This document shows, piece after piece, positions 1 to 15,054 of a DNA stretch of 64,000 bases. The notes beneath the pieces are model-generated. The model had not been told where the DNA came from. It did no database searches and worked only from the letters and a program-made list of their open reading frames with translations. Positions within the stretch are counted from its first letter, which is position 1. Each line of letters begins with the position of its first letter. The translations under genes were made by a program, and so were the position numbers. Source of the stretch: Octopus vulgaris. Its lineage: Eukaryota. Where the stretch lies: NCBI GenBank assembly GCA_951406725.2, contig OX597837.1:9486001-9550000 (forward strand), written 5' to 3'.

Positions 1-226
1 TACATAAATACATAAATACATACATACATATATATATATATACATCCGTATATATATGCACATGCTCATATGGGCATATGTGCATATATATATTCGTGTG
101 TGTGTTTGTGTATGTATATGTATATATATTTATATATATATGTACATATATGCACTTACATAAACACGCAAACACACATATATATTCATATACGCAAAAA
201 TAAACATGTGAATATATATATACGCA

Positions 227-289
<63 letters not shown>

Positions 290-927
290 GTATATATATG
301 TATATATATGTATTCATATATATATATATATGTATGTATGTATACGCACATATTAAGAAATATGTTTAAGTGTATATCTATATATGTATACACATACAGA
401 TATATTGATAAACAGATGTATAGAAAAATAGATAGATACGTACAGATATATAAAATGCGTCTCCATACGTGTCTGCTGGTATCTTTAACTGTGTCCTGTT
501 ATATGTAAATATCTATGTGATACATGTTCTTTCTGTATATCTCACATCGTACGTTTTATCTACCACGGTGTGAGGTTATTTATCATTTTCACTATAACTC
601 TGTTGTATTTTTGTGTTTATTCTTCCAGCAGCTACAAATTTAAAAGAATTGTGTTGTCTGTTTTTTTTTTAATATATATTCATATATTTAATTTTTGTTT
701 TCTAAATGAAGATTTATATCTTATGTGTAGTCAGGTTTTATTTCGTTTGCTTTTGTATCATATTTCTTGAAACTCACAGGCAGTCGCACACCCCTTCAGA
801 CATACACATGAGCCTGCTTGCAATCTCCTACACATACATATATCTTCATATGCATAAACACACAGACACGCACGCATACACACGCACACACTCATATATA
901 TATATATATATATACATATATATATAC

Positions 928-973
<46 letters not shown>

Positions 974-1590
974 GTGTTTGTGTGTGTGTGTGTGTGTGTA
1001 TGTATTTGTGTGTGTGTATGTATATGTATGTGTTATTACTTCACGATACATTTGTCCATTGTGTTTTGTTTGTAGTTTACTCAGCAGAAACATTATATTT
1101 ATTGCCCTCAAGAATTACATTGCAAAAGCGTTTTGAATCTTCGACCAGAAGGAGCCAACATGCAACTGCCAAATTATAAAATTTTACCTCCTAAAGGCCA
1201 AATGCTTGAAGGAAATCGTATCATATCTTGGTGATATCGGTAACAACAAAATATTTTCAATTTAACAATAGATTACACTGCATATTTGAAAATCACCTCC
1301 ATCAGCAGAACCATCCTTAAATTTTTCACTACCTAAAAATTTCTCTTCGCGTTCAAAGTATTCTAGTACATCAGAAGACAAAACTTAAGATTACAAAGTA
1401 ATTTTGTTATAATATATATATACTCGTGAATTTCATCACACATAACATGGACCAAATTTCTTCTTAAGAAAAAATATATATTCAAATAAATTAAACATAA
1501 TATCATGAATAGCGATAGCGAAACCGGTCGATATATTAAAAATTATATTAAAACCATGTACGTGTGCGTATTTTCCTTTTTTAATTTCTC

Positions 1591-1621
<31 letters not shown>

Positions 1622-1841
1622 CGCATATTTGCCATTTGCATATGGCTAACCCCTAAGGGTGGATGCTACAGTAGTTTGTAGTCCCAGGAAGATATCTCCT
1701 CCAGCTGGCTATAGACACACTATCTGTGCCCTATCAGTATTTGTGAAGGGAAGTCATCCTCCAGTTATAAACAGTAGCGGTAACACATCGTGACGCATAT
1801 TTGCCATTTGAATATAACTCGCTCTGAGATTTATCATTGTT

Positions 1842-1892
<51 letters not shown>

Positions 1893-2068
1893 TGCATGTG
1901 GGTGGATGTCTGTGCCTGTGTTGTCCCCCACCACTGCTTGAGAACCGATGCTGGTGTCTTTACGCCTACCTGACAGTTCGCCAAATAAGACCGATATAAT
2001 AGCTACATAAGCTTTAAAACAATAAGTCTCAGGATCGATGCATTCGACTAAAAATCATTCACTGCAGT
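1893..2068 (+). mobile_element. SINE family A 3' half, diverged (other partials near 10395-10460, 11290-11485, 11995-12070, 36742-36890)
   Basis: tgttgtccccc..gcttgagaaccgatgctggtgt..gaccgata..tcgacta. Confidence 0.7.
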
Positions 2069-2829
2069 GCGTGATAAAAGAGAAGAGATTTCTAGTCAGA
2101 ACAAAACACCAAAATATACACGAATAGAAACCAAAATAGTTTTCTTCGGCAGATACTAAAAGAGAGGTTGTTTCAGAGAGATAACACGTAATAAAAGCAT
2201 ATGTCTACCGTTATATGTGAATATTTTGCTACGAAGGTAGGTGTATTTTATGCGCATTAGCATTTATATATATTCCAGCCAGAAAATACAATAAAGCTCG
2301 TTGCATGTATATTGAGATGTATATGAATATATATTGTCATAGACGAGCCACTGTACACAGTTCTTTGAATATATATATTATCGCGTTTTGATCAGTCTAA
2401 AAATTATATAGTAATATGTGTGTCTGTGTGTGCATATAAATGTGTGTTTTATATGAATGCATTATGTTGTGTGTGACAGTGAGAGTACAAAAAATACAAA
2501 TCAATGCCATACTTCGAACGGTATTTACGTTCTCAGTTCAAATTCCGCCGTGGACGACGTTGCTTTCATCCTTCCGGGGTCTATAAAATAAGTAGCAGTT
2601 GAGCACTGGGGTCGATGTCATCGACTTACCCACTGCCCCAAAAGTGCCGGCCTTGTGTCAAAATTTGAAAGCAATATAGTCTTGCATACACAATACTGTG
2701 CATTAGAAAAAGACAACGTTATTAGCTTCGGGACACATTTAATCATAGATAGGATCGATCAGGGTTCACATCTTGATCAAGATGATCCGTTTTGATACCA
2801 ACACGCCTGATACCAACATACCCAGTTCT

Positions 2830-4067
2830 ATGTTAAAATTTTCCTGTTTTTAAAGTGATCTATATCAAAATTTTATGATCCAAGCACCAGCTTAATAATC
2901 CGTTCTCCTATAGTCACAAACTGCGATGGACTGGCGTACTGTCCAGCTGGGGGGAACACATGCGCCACAGAAACCGGGAAACCGGACCCATGAGCCTGGC
3001 TAGGCTTGAAAAAGGTTCATAAATAAATAATAGTCACAAAACCTGGAATTTTGTGGGAGGGGCTAGTTGTCCGAAAAAGAACGAAAGATAAAGTCGACTT
3101 CGGTGAGATTTGAACTCAGAAATTTAAGACGGAAGAAATGCAGCTCAACATTCTTCCAGCTAACCGCATTATATAAGCTTTACCATTTTCAAATCATTTC
3201 ACTACATTCCTGATGTGAAATCATCTTGTCAGTGTATTTCAGCACAAGTATGGGAACGAAAGCATTAAAGTGATCTAATGTGAAACTTTCACCTAATTTC
3301 ATATCAATTTATGTCCCAGACACTAGTTTAAAAATGGCTTGGTTACTTTACATAATTATCCATTATTTTGAAAATTAATTGAAAAATTTACAGCATATTT
3401 CTACAAAATTAACGTATTGAAAGCGCTCAAATTATTTAAAATAAAGCCTTTCAATTTATATTCTAAACACCAGCTTAGTAATTTATATTCTTGTTAATTT
3501 ATATTCTAAACACCAGCTTAGTAAAAGCATAATTAGTTTACTACACTCTTTATTGTTTTAATAATTTATTGAAACAAAATATTGTATTTCAAGAGAATTA
3601 TGATAACGAAAGTGTTAAAGTGGTTTAAATTAAAATTTTCCATCAAAACTTGATGTTAATTTATGTTCTAAGTACCAGTTTAGTTATTTCACTAAATTGT
3701 TTATTATTTTGGAAAATTTATTGAAGCGAATCATTGTATTTCAAAGAGAATTCTGGTAACGAAAACCTACTCTCAAAATTTCATGTGAAATTGTTTCAAG
3801 TGTGGCGTTAATAATGAGAAAATCATTTCACTAAATTACTCTTTACTCTTTTTACTAGTTTCAGTCAATTGACTGTGGCCATGCTGGAGCAGCGTCTTTA
3901 GTCGACCCCAGAACTTATTCTTTGTAAGCCTAGTACTTATTCTATATGTCTCGGGGCGTAAACACACCAGCATCGGTTGTCAAGCGATGTTGGGGGCACA
4001 AACACAGACACACAAATATATACACACATACATAATACATACATATATACATACATACATACATATA

Positions 4068-4117
<50 letters not shown>

Positions 4118-4530
4118 CGACGGACTTCTTTCAGTTTCCGTCTACCAAATCCACTCACAAGGCTTTGGTTGATCTGAGGCTATAGTAGAAAACACTTGCC
4201 CAAGGTGCCACGCAGTGGGACTGAACTCGGAACTATGTGGTTCATTGAAGCAAGTCACTGTATTTCAAAATCCTACGACAACATCATTTCACTGAATTCT
4301 TCATTATATCTAAAATTAATTGAATCAGAATGTTGTATTTCAACACAAATATGGTAACGAAAGTGTTAAAGTTATTTCAATTAAAACCTTCCCTCAAATA
4401 TTCATGTTAATTTGCTTCAAACATAATCTAAATAATGACAAAGTTACTTCATTAAATTCCTCATTATTATTCAAATTAATTAAAACAAAACAGTATTTTT
4501 CAAGAGACAAGATAACAAAAGGGTTGACGG
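2830..4530. repeat. Decayed AT-rich tandem array with units of about 150-185 bp, interrupted by SINEs
   Basis: Recurrent gtatttca...gtaacgaaagNgttaa at about 3255, 3604, 3756, 4354 and 4512, and aatttatRttc..aacaccag. Confidence 0.7.
3837..4242 (-). mobile_element. SINE family A
   Basis: Homology to 27407-27819; internal (TA)n. Confidence 0.85.
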
Positions 4531-5689
4531 CAACAGTGATGTGAGAGGTGATATAACTCTAGATACACTTAACTAAACTTGCAAGAAAGATAGACGTATG
4601 TGCTGTGGCAAATAACCCTGCCCTCAGGGCTATTTAGCCTTGCTAAATATTACCGACTATAACAATACGTTCGATGATGTAGTTTCAGATACACTATATT
4701 ATAAATTAGTTAGAGATAAATTAATCAGATGTGGATCAATTTTGATGATATATCTTGGATCAGGACTAAATTATTTCTAAACAAAACGACACTGACGATT
4801 TTGTAATTAAGTATAGTTCTGCGTCGTCCATATGAATGATAGGATAAGATTATCATGTCTGGATCATCTTATCTTGATTGTTGATTTGTTAGATCGGAAC
4901 CGGCGTCTCGGTAAACAATAATGACAATGAAAATATTACGGAAAATAGATTCGTGGAGAGACAACATTATGTGTTAGAGAAGATGAAGAAAACTAGATTA
5001 GCAGCGCATAGGTGTGAATGGTAAAAGGTTGGCCCGTGGCTGAACAACAACTTCGACAGGTAACAACATCAACAACTACAACGTAGACAACAACAATAAC
5101 AAACGTATCGTGTTAGCGAATGAAAACCATAAATACAATATGTCTGAATCAAAACAAGACAAGATGGACATGGGTGGTACGCATGACGTCGTCGCTCTGC
5201 ATACATTTATGAATAAACAGGAACTGGCTCAACAACAACAACAACGATCGGAACTACAGCAACAACAATAACAACAACTACAGCAACTTCAAGTTATCTG
5301 TCCAACTAGACACTTAGTATTATTAATATTATGTCTTATGATACATTCCTTATTGCTAAAAATTAATATCGATATAATTATCATTATGTGAATAGGATAA
5401 TAATTAAACTAAATTACAATAACAAAAAAAAACAAAACAAAGAATGCTGTATTTATGGGGAAAATAAATATGTAAATAAATAAATGAATAAATAAATAAA
5501 TAAATAAATAGAAGCAGAAACAGCCTTCGGCTAGAAAAAAGGGTATTGCTGATAATTTTCTCTTGATATCGAATTCCGATTTCCGTCAAGGAGAATGAAA
5601 ATATAAAAAAAGTCGAATTTTATTATGTATATCTGTACGTATAGGGATATATGTATGTGTAAATGTGTGTGTGTGTGTGTGTGTGTGAA

Positions 5690-5720
<31 letters not shown>

Positions 5721-6202
5721 TTACAAAAATACAAATCAATGCCGTGCCTCGAGCCGTAAATGAAACAATACGAAATCGTAATGAGGACGATGTTCATGAT
5801 ATTGATGATGATATTCATGATGATGATGATAATGATGATGATGATAATGTTGATGATGATAATGACGATGATGTTGATAGGGGAAGGTGGCTGGGATTAT
5901 GAGGAAGGTGGCGACAATGAGAAGGAAAATGATCATTAAGAAATTAATATCATGATAATGTCATGATGATGAGGAGGAACAAGGAGGGAACAGGAGGAGG
6001 AAGTGGATGGAAGAAAAGTAAGAGAGAAGGGGAGTGAGAGACGAAGGTGTGGGGAAGTGTTGAAGAGGAGGATCGTTCGTTATGCTGAAGATGATGATGA
6101 TCACGACGACGATGATGAAGATAAATAATATTTCACTGTTTCTATTAAAAAAACATATAAAATATATTGAGAATAATAAATTAGCAGTAACAACAACAAC
6201 AA

Positions 6203-6234
<32 letters not shown>

Positions 6235-6310
6235 ATATTATTGTAACAATAACAACAATATTTATGCAGAAAACAAATATAGTTATTATCTTTGTAGAAA
6301 ATCATTACTG

Positions 6311-6387
<77 letters not shown>

Positions 6388-6399
6388 CCATTATTATTA

Positions 6400-6515
<116 letters not shown>

Positions 6516-6530
6516 ATTGTTATTGTTATT

Positions 6531-6845
6531 AAGGCGGCAGAATCGCTAGCACGCTTTGGGGGTCGATAAGTTAAGTACCAGTTACGCACTGGGGTCGATA
6601 TAATCGACTTAATCCGTGTCTCCCCTTGTTTGTCCTCTCTGTGTTTAGCCCCTAGTGGGTAGTAAAGAAATAGGTATTTCGTCCGTCTTTACGTTCTGAG
6701 TTCAAATTCCGCCGAGGTCAACTTTGCCTTTCATCTTTTCGGGGGTTCAATGAAATAAGTAGCAGTTGCGTACTGGGGTCAATCTGATCGAGTGGCCCCC
6801 TCCCCCCAATTTTCGGGCCTTGAGTCTAAAGTAAAAGAAAATTCT
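6531..6845 (+). mobile_element. SINE family B, composite copy with two different tails
   Basis: Head, partial core, tail ending gtaaagaaatag, second core, alternative tail. Confidence 0.85.
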
Positions 6846-6908
6846 CAGATTTCCATATTTATGAACAATTTCTCTTTCTTTAATATGTTTTTGTTGTTGT
6901 TTTTGTCG

Positions 6909-6945
<37 letters not shown>

Positions 6946-6959
6946 CATTATTATTATTA

Positions 6960-7032
<73 letters not shown>

Positions 7033-7064
7033 TATTATTATTATTATTATCATTATTATTATTA

Positions 7065-7128
<64 letters not shown>

Positions 7129-7670
7129 CATTATTATTATTATAGTTGTACAACGGAACAATTAAACAAAAGATTTAACAGGCACATATATGACGTCAAG
7201 CACAATAGCAGTAGTTCGACACAACTTGTCGAACATTTTGCTTCATATGGCTGCAATTTTTAAAAAGGACCTGGAAGTATATATTCTCAGAAAATAGTCT
7301 GATTCTGCTTCACTTTCAATAATCAAAATGCAAGAGGAGAAATATATTTGCGAGTTAATAACATCACGCACTGGATGAATGAATAACATGACAGGAGAAT
7401 ATCATCAAATTTATACAAAACTTTTGATTAAATATTCTTCTTTTCTCTCTACTTTTTTCTTTCCTTTTTTCTCGCTTTTTCTGTCTTTTTCTTTTCGCCA
7501 GTAACAAAATTTAAACTTGGAAACTAATAATGTCATTCCATCAACGTGCAGACGCTGGTTCACACTTTAGATGTGTATTTCTATAATAAATCATTATTAT
7601 TATTGTTATTGTTGTTGTTGTTGTTGATGATGATGATATTGTTGTTATTGTTGTTGTTGTTGTTATTACT

Positions 7671-7883
7671 AAGGTGGTGAATTGACAGTATCATTAGCTC
7701 GCTGGATGCATTACATGGCACCATTTCGTCCATCTTTACACTCGGAGTTCAAATTCTGCCTAGGTCGACTTTGCCCTTCATCCTTTCAGGGTCGATAAAT
7801 TAAGCGCCAGTGAAACACTAGGGTCGATGTAATCGACTAGTTCCCTCTCTAAAAATTGCTACCCTTGTAACAAAATTTGAAAC
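7671..7883 (+). mobile_element. SINE family B monomer (others at about 2515-2675 +, 3030-3165 -, 18710-18845 -)
   Basis: Head, B box, core and tail running into (ATT)n. Confidence 0.8.
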
Positions 7884-7888
7884 AGCTA

Positions 7889-7976
<88 letters not shown>

Positions 7977-7990
7977 TATCATCATCATCA

Positions 7991-8043
<53 letters not shown>

Positions 8044-8073
8044 GTTATTATTATTATTATTATTATTATAATT

Positions 8074-8171
<98 letters not shown>

Positions 8172-8186
8172 TATTATCCTTATTAC

Positions 8187-8270
<84 letters not shown>

Positions 8271-8941
8271 CATTATCATTTTCATCATTTGTATGCTGAC
8301 TCCTTGAAAAAGAAATGGTAATGTTTTTAACATGGGGTAGCATAGATGGAATGAATTGCAGAAGGGAGGAGGAAGAATGTGTGAGAGAGAAAAGCAGTAA
8401 GTTAAGAGGGTGACAGTCGAAGAGGAAAATAATAATAAAGAGAATCTAAAGTTTGATAGAAGGACATGGAAATAGAGAGAGGGGGGGCGATAAAGAGAGT
8501 GACAGAATTTCACTGCTGACGGTTGATTTGAAAATCAGAGAGACAGGCAAAAGCGAAAATAAAGAGGAACAGATGAAAACCACAGAGAAATGCGGAGATG
8601 TTACTTTATTTTGTTGCAGCGACATTTTTTTTTATTAATTTAAGCGTAGAAACACAAACCTATATAACAAATACAGATAAAAATGGAAGCTCAAACACAC
8701 AGATACGAACACACACACATATACGAACACACACACGCACGCACACACAGGCATGCATGCTCGCAAACACACAAACACACACATACGTACACACATTCAT
8801 CAATGTTGCTATATGCAGGTGACTGTACATGTTTCTTTTCAAATAGACACGTGTATTCATAGTTAACAGAGAAAAATATATGTTCTCATATATATGGGAT
8901 TGAGCAGATGTATATATGTGTATATATAGGTACATATATGT

Positions 8942-8999
<58 letters not shown>

Positions 9000-9494
9000 A
9001 TGTATGTATATATGCATATATATATATATGTGTGTGTGTATATATATGTATATATCTATCTATCTATCTATATATATATATATATAATATATATATATAT
9101 GTATATATATGTATATATATATATATGTATGTGTGTATGTATGTATGTGTGCATGTGTGTGTGTCTGTGAGTCACGTATAAGACCATCTTGCTCTCACAA
9201 GTGCACGTATAAACACACACGCACGTGCACAAGGAAACAGACACTCAGACGCAAACACAAACACACACACGACACACGTGCACACACACACGCGCATACA
9301 TACACACAAGTAGACGGACACACATACGAATTGAGACATATAATGATTTTCAATATCAGATACAGTTACAGGTAAATAAAAAAAATTGTCAGAGTTTCTG
9401 TAAGTCAATATTTTATTTCTTCGTTTCTTTTCCAGTTCCTTCAATATCTCTCCTTCTATCACCTTCTCTCTCTCTCATTGTCTCTCTCTCTCTT

Positions 9495-9531
<37 letters not shown>

Positions 9532-9607
9532 TTCATTCTCTCTCGATCTTTCTCTCTCTAACTCTGTCTTTCTGTAAATACTTAAATACAAACATACGTA
9601 CATAATT

Positions 9608-9650
<43 letters not shown>

Positions 9651-9934
9651 CACATATATATATATATACATACATATACATACATATATACACATATATA
9701 TAAATACATATATATATATATATATACAGTGTGTGTGTGTATATACTCACATACACATATACATGTATATATATACATATACATATATACATGAACATAT
9801 GTATATACACATATATATATATATAAATATACAAATAATGTATACATATATATGTGTGCGTGCATATATATATATATATATATTCACACACATATACATA
9901 TATATATATATATATAATATATACATATATATAT

Positions 9935-10002
<68 letters not shown>

Positions 10003-10128
10003 GTGTGTCTGTTTCTAGCCAAGGGACTGCGGTTAGGTTGGGGCATGCCTTCCAGGGTTTTTGTTGAATATATCGATCTCACCAATTATTTCTGTAAACA
10101 AACACACGCATTAACGCCTACAGAAACA

Positions 10129-10160
<32 letters not shown>

Positions 10161-10519
10161 GATGCACACGCTCACATGCACACGCACGTGCCACGCATAT
10201 ATCAGCATGGGCACTTCTGTGGGTTTCACGTTGGAGCATGCGCATTTCAGATCAATTGAACGAATCATTCGTAGAATTTTGCAAGCGATGTGGTGGAATA
10301 TTTCGCAATGTTATGTACTCTTCAATTATTTCATTCTCGGAAAAGAACTCACGTGTTCCAAAAAATATGCCGGACTACATGCACTTAATTTCAGTCTAGC
10401 AGTGGAACTGAACCCGGAACCTTGTCGTTAGTAAACAAGCTACTTACAGCACAACCACTCTGATACACACACACACTCATACACACACACAGACACACAC
10501 GCACATACAAACACACATG

Positions 10520-10551
<32 letters not shown>

Positions 10552-10560
10552 AGAAGAAGA

Positions 10561-10603
<43 letters not shown>

Positions 10604-10736
10604 TAGACGAACTTACAGACAGAGATAAATGTAAAGATAGATAAAGCGATTCATAAATAGATAGAAAGAGAGATAGATAGAAAGGCAGAGAGACAGACAG
10701 ACGGACGGACGGATGGACAGACAGACAGACAGATAG

Positions 10737-10816
<80 letters not shown>

Positions 10817-11485
10817 CATGTTATGTTTCCAGTAACACTATTTCCGTTTGACACAGGTCTACGTTGTCTTTGATCTGACACGGCAGACAGAATAGATGCT
10901 TTTACATAAAAACACCAATTATGGGAAACAGGGCGGTAATTCTAGTTTATTGAAATTATCCAGTCTCTGGCATACTGAAACGCTTCCTTTCAAAGCATGC
11001 TTTGAAACAACTCTGTTGTATAATAGCGTGGCATGGACAATTGACATAAATACTACGAGAAGAGATAAACGGTAAGCTTCGGTTTTTATTGCGGTTTTCC
11101 ACAATGAATAATTAATGAACGGCTAATTGCCATAGTGAAGGCATTTACTACAGACAGTATGTTGCATTTAGGAATGATGAATGTTTGTTGGACATACTTT
11201 GAGAAGACCAAATGTAATATCATCCACTGTTTTCATTCTCTGTATTGAAGCCACAGATCCTTCATATTATGTGCGAAAATTTCGCCATTATTTATTTTTT
11301 AATTGATTCAGTCAATAAGACTGCGACCATACCGGGGTACAGTTTTCAAGAAGTTTAGTCGGACAATTCGATCCCAGTACTTAATTCTTAATGCTGATAC
11401 ATATTCCGAACCACTAAGTTACTGGAATAAAGACATACCAACAAACGATCAAACGGTGGTAGCGTACAAACGCAGAGACACAAAC

Positions 11486-11530
<45 letters not shown>

Positions 11531-11786
11531 ACTATAAGAGAGAATCCATTATGTGGACGCTCTTACGCTAGATATAGATCTGCACGGCAAATATCAACAC
11601 GAGGTTAGAGAGAGAGACGATCAGTTCGGCCGATTATATTCACAGTTACATTCAAATGCCCATAGTTGTGTATTAATCATATTTACTGAATCTCAGTCTT
11701 TTATACGCTAGGCCACTTGGTGCTTAAATTGGTGTTATTAAATTAATATCCAATTTTTTCACCCTTATTTTGACTTTATATATATA

Positions 11787-11831
<45 letters not shown>

Positions 11832-11924
11832 GTAATAATTTGAATTCGCCTTAAATGGTCCCTTTGCATACTGAACACTTGGTGAAATTGATTAATAATT
11901 AATTAATTTTACCCTCAATTGTTG

Positions 11925-11959
<35 letters not shown>

Positions 11960-12573
11960 AGAGAGAGAGAGAGTAGAGATTGATAGATAAATATGCGACG
12001 GGCTTCTTTCAGTTTCCGTCTATCAATTCTACACACAAATTTATTACGGGATTGTTTAACGGCTTGTGGTATAAACTGATCATTGTTGATGTTAGGTATG
12101 TTAGATGTGAGGATTGGCTGACTTTAATGTAATTCAGTTTAAAGTACTTTTTTTTCTCAGTTTGTGATTTATGTATACGTGTGTTTTGTAATCTCCAACA
12201 CATTTCCCCTAAGCTGGTGCATACATTGACATCGGAAGCAAAATTGTGACAGCATATCTTGTGATTACTGATTCTCACATAATTGAGGATGTTCTGCTAT
12301 TTGTCAATTCTTTTAAACAACTCATTCTTAAGGCATTATTTAAATAAGTACCAACATGATACATATACTGTTAACGCCATTGTAGAAGATGGACAGATGG
12401 TATTTCAACACGCTCGCGCACATACACACGCACATATATATATATATATATGTGTGTATATATATTACATATATATATATGTATGTACATATATGTATTT
12501 ACTCACGTGTACGTATACACACACATATTTATACACACACTAAAACAATTAAAGAGTAAAGTAATATATAAAC

Positions 12574-12668
<95 letters not shown>

Positions 12669-12924
12669 CATATACATATATGTGTATATGTATGTTGAGG
12701 TGCGTGGTTAAGTGGTTAGTGTATCAGCATCATGATCGTAAGATTGTGGTTTCGATTCCTGGACCGGGTGACACGTTGTTTTCTTGAGCAAAACACTTCA
12801 TTCCACGTTGGCAAAAATGAGTAACGTTGCGTTGGACTGGCGTCCCATCCAGCTTGGGAACACATACGCCATGAAAACCGGAAAACCTGACCCATGAGCC
12901 TGGCTATGTATATTTATATATATG

Positions 12925-13110
12925 TATGGAGGCTGCTGTTTAATGAAGCTTTCCTATATTCTCGTTGAAAGCTCAAAGTAGGGAATAATTAACAGTGGAC
13001 AACTGAAGAGGGGTTTGACTTCTTTAGGTATTTTGTCCCGCACTTGTCCTCCATCATGTATTTACGTATCTTTCAGTCGTTCGTGATGTCCTATTTTAAT
13101 TGTATATTCT
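12925..13110 (+). mobile_element. Decayed Penelope-like fragment
   Basis: TGAagc..gttGAAAgctc...aaCTGAAGAgggg layout resembling 47744-47925. Confidence 0.4.
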
Positions 13111-13452
13111 TTGGTAATTTGTCCTGTAATTATCACTCGTATTTCACTCTTAGGCGATGTCTGTACTTGATGTATTTTAAATATATATGTAAGTATATAT
13201 ATATATATGGATAGGCAGATGGATGTAAATTCAAAGTGTATGAGTATCGATCAACTCCAATATATTATATTATATTATACTAAAATATGCATTCAGTCAC
13301 ATTAAGATGTGTACAAGATTATGTAGGAGAAGCAATAAAACATGGTTTATTGAAGGGAGAACATAGGCGTACATGTACAAGTAAAACTCATATGTGTGCG
13401 TGTAATAGGGTTTATCTCTACGCATATATGTATACGTACATCTCTCTCTCTG

Positions 13453-13514
<62 letters not shown>

Positions 13515-13669
13515 CATATGAGAGCGTGCATGTACTTAAATAATATATATGCGTGTGTGTGCGTCTAGATTTATTCATATATGTGCACATTTGTAAATAC
13601 ATATGTATGTGTATATATGTATATGTATTTGAGAATGTGCATATTCTTATATATATGTGTGTGTGTATG

Positions 13670-13713
<44 letters not shown>

Positions 13714-13820
13714 TGAGAATGTGCATGTACTTAAATATATGTGTGTGTGCGTGCATATATATATATATATATATATATGTATAAATGTATATATGTATGC
13801 GTATATATATAAATGTATGC

Positions 13821-13877
<57 letters not shown>

Positions 13878-14125
13878 CACGTCTGTATCCATCTATGCAT
13901 ATTTGTACATACAGCATATAGCAACGTAGGTCACTAGTCAGTATATCTATTCCTTTCATTCCTTTCGCCATAACACAACTTGATATCAGATAATTAACAT
14001 GAGGTATATTTGTAATAGTAATCGATTCTTGGTTACATTATTGAGATAAATTTCTTTTAACATTAGTACCTCTACTACCCCATTGTATACACATACATAC
14101 ATACATAGGTACATACATACATATG

Positions 14126-14197
<72 letters not shown>

Positions 14198-14868
14198 CAT
14201 TTATATATATCTATATATATATATATAGGTATATATATATATATGTATGTATATATATATGTATACATCATGTATGTATGTATCCCTTATCGCATATTAG
14301 TACAGGACTATAGGAGGAATCCTGTACGTTTACTTTCTTTCTTTCTCTATTTATTTATTAGCAAATGATTTCAATTATAGATTTCACGATTTAATAGAAT
14401 TTAGTGTAATGGATTTGATAATGAAAAAGATAGTTATGTTGATATCATGATATACCTATATAGGTCTTGTAATTGCAAGCTATCTCTCTCTCTCTTTCTT
14501 TCTCTCTCTCTCTCTCTATCATTCACTCCCTCTGCTTCTCCGTTAGTAACCGCACAGGGACACACATATGGAGGCATATATATGTATATATATATATGTA
14601 CACACACATATGTATATTGATATTTAGATATATATATATAGAGAGAGAGAGAGACAGACAGAGAGAGAGAGACAGACAGAGAGAGAGAGACAGACAGAGA
14701 GAGAGAGAGACAGACAGAGAGAGAGAGACAGACAGAGAGAGAGAGAAATGGATAGGTAGATAGATAGACAGATAGATAGAGAGATAGACACACAAATATA
14801 TACGCATAAACACCCGCATACACACACAGGCAGCACACACACGCATAAGTAGTGGTTCACTCTCAAAC

Positions 14869-15054
14869 CTTTCTTATTTTCTTTGTAGTTTCGCTCTTAT
14901 TTTGCTCTGAGTTGTCGTTTTTGCCGTAAATTCCGCCACTACTAGCATTGTCCGTGCGTCCAGAATCTTTCACATTGATGTCGTTCTCCAGAGAGGAGAA
15001 GAGCCGGTGACGTGGGTTGAACGGAACGTTGAAGATCCCGTAAGCTTCGCCCAT
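14869..15054 (-). CDS. Probable first coding segment (62 codons, MGEAYGIFNVPFNPRHRLFSSLEND...ETTKKIRK) of an unidentified spliced host gene
   Basis: Non-repetitive, locally CpG/GC-rich sequence; ATG in strong Kozak context (gatataATGG); ORF runs into a plausible phase-0 donor AAG|GTTTGA at 14869/14868; I found no downstream exon in the window and do not recognise the protein. Confidence 0.55.

Noticed and set aside
10857-11071. Plus-strand exon suggested by acag|g and cg|gtaagc
   Set aside because: Stops in all three frames within about 40 nt
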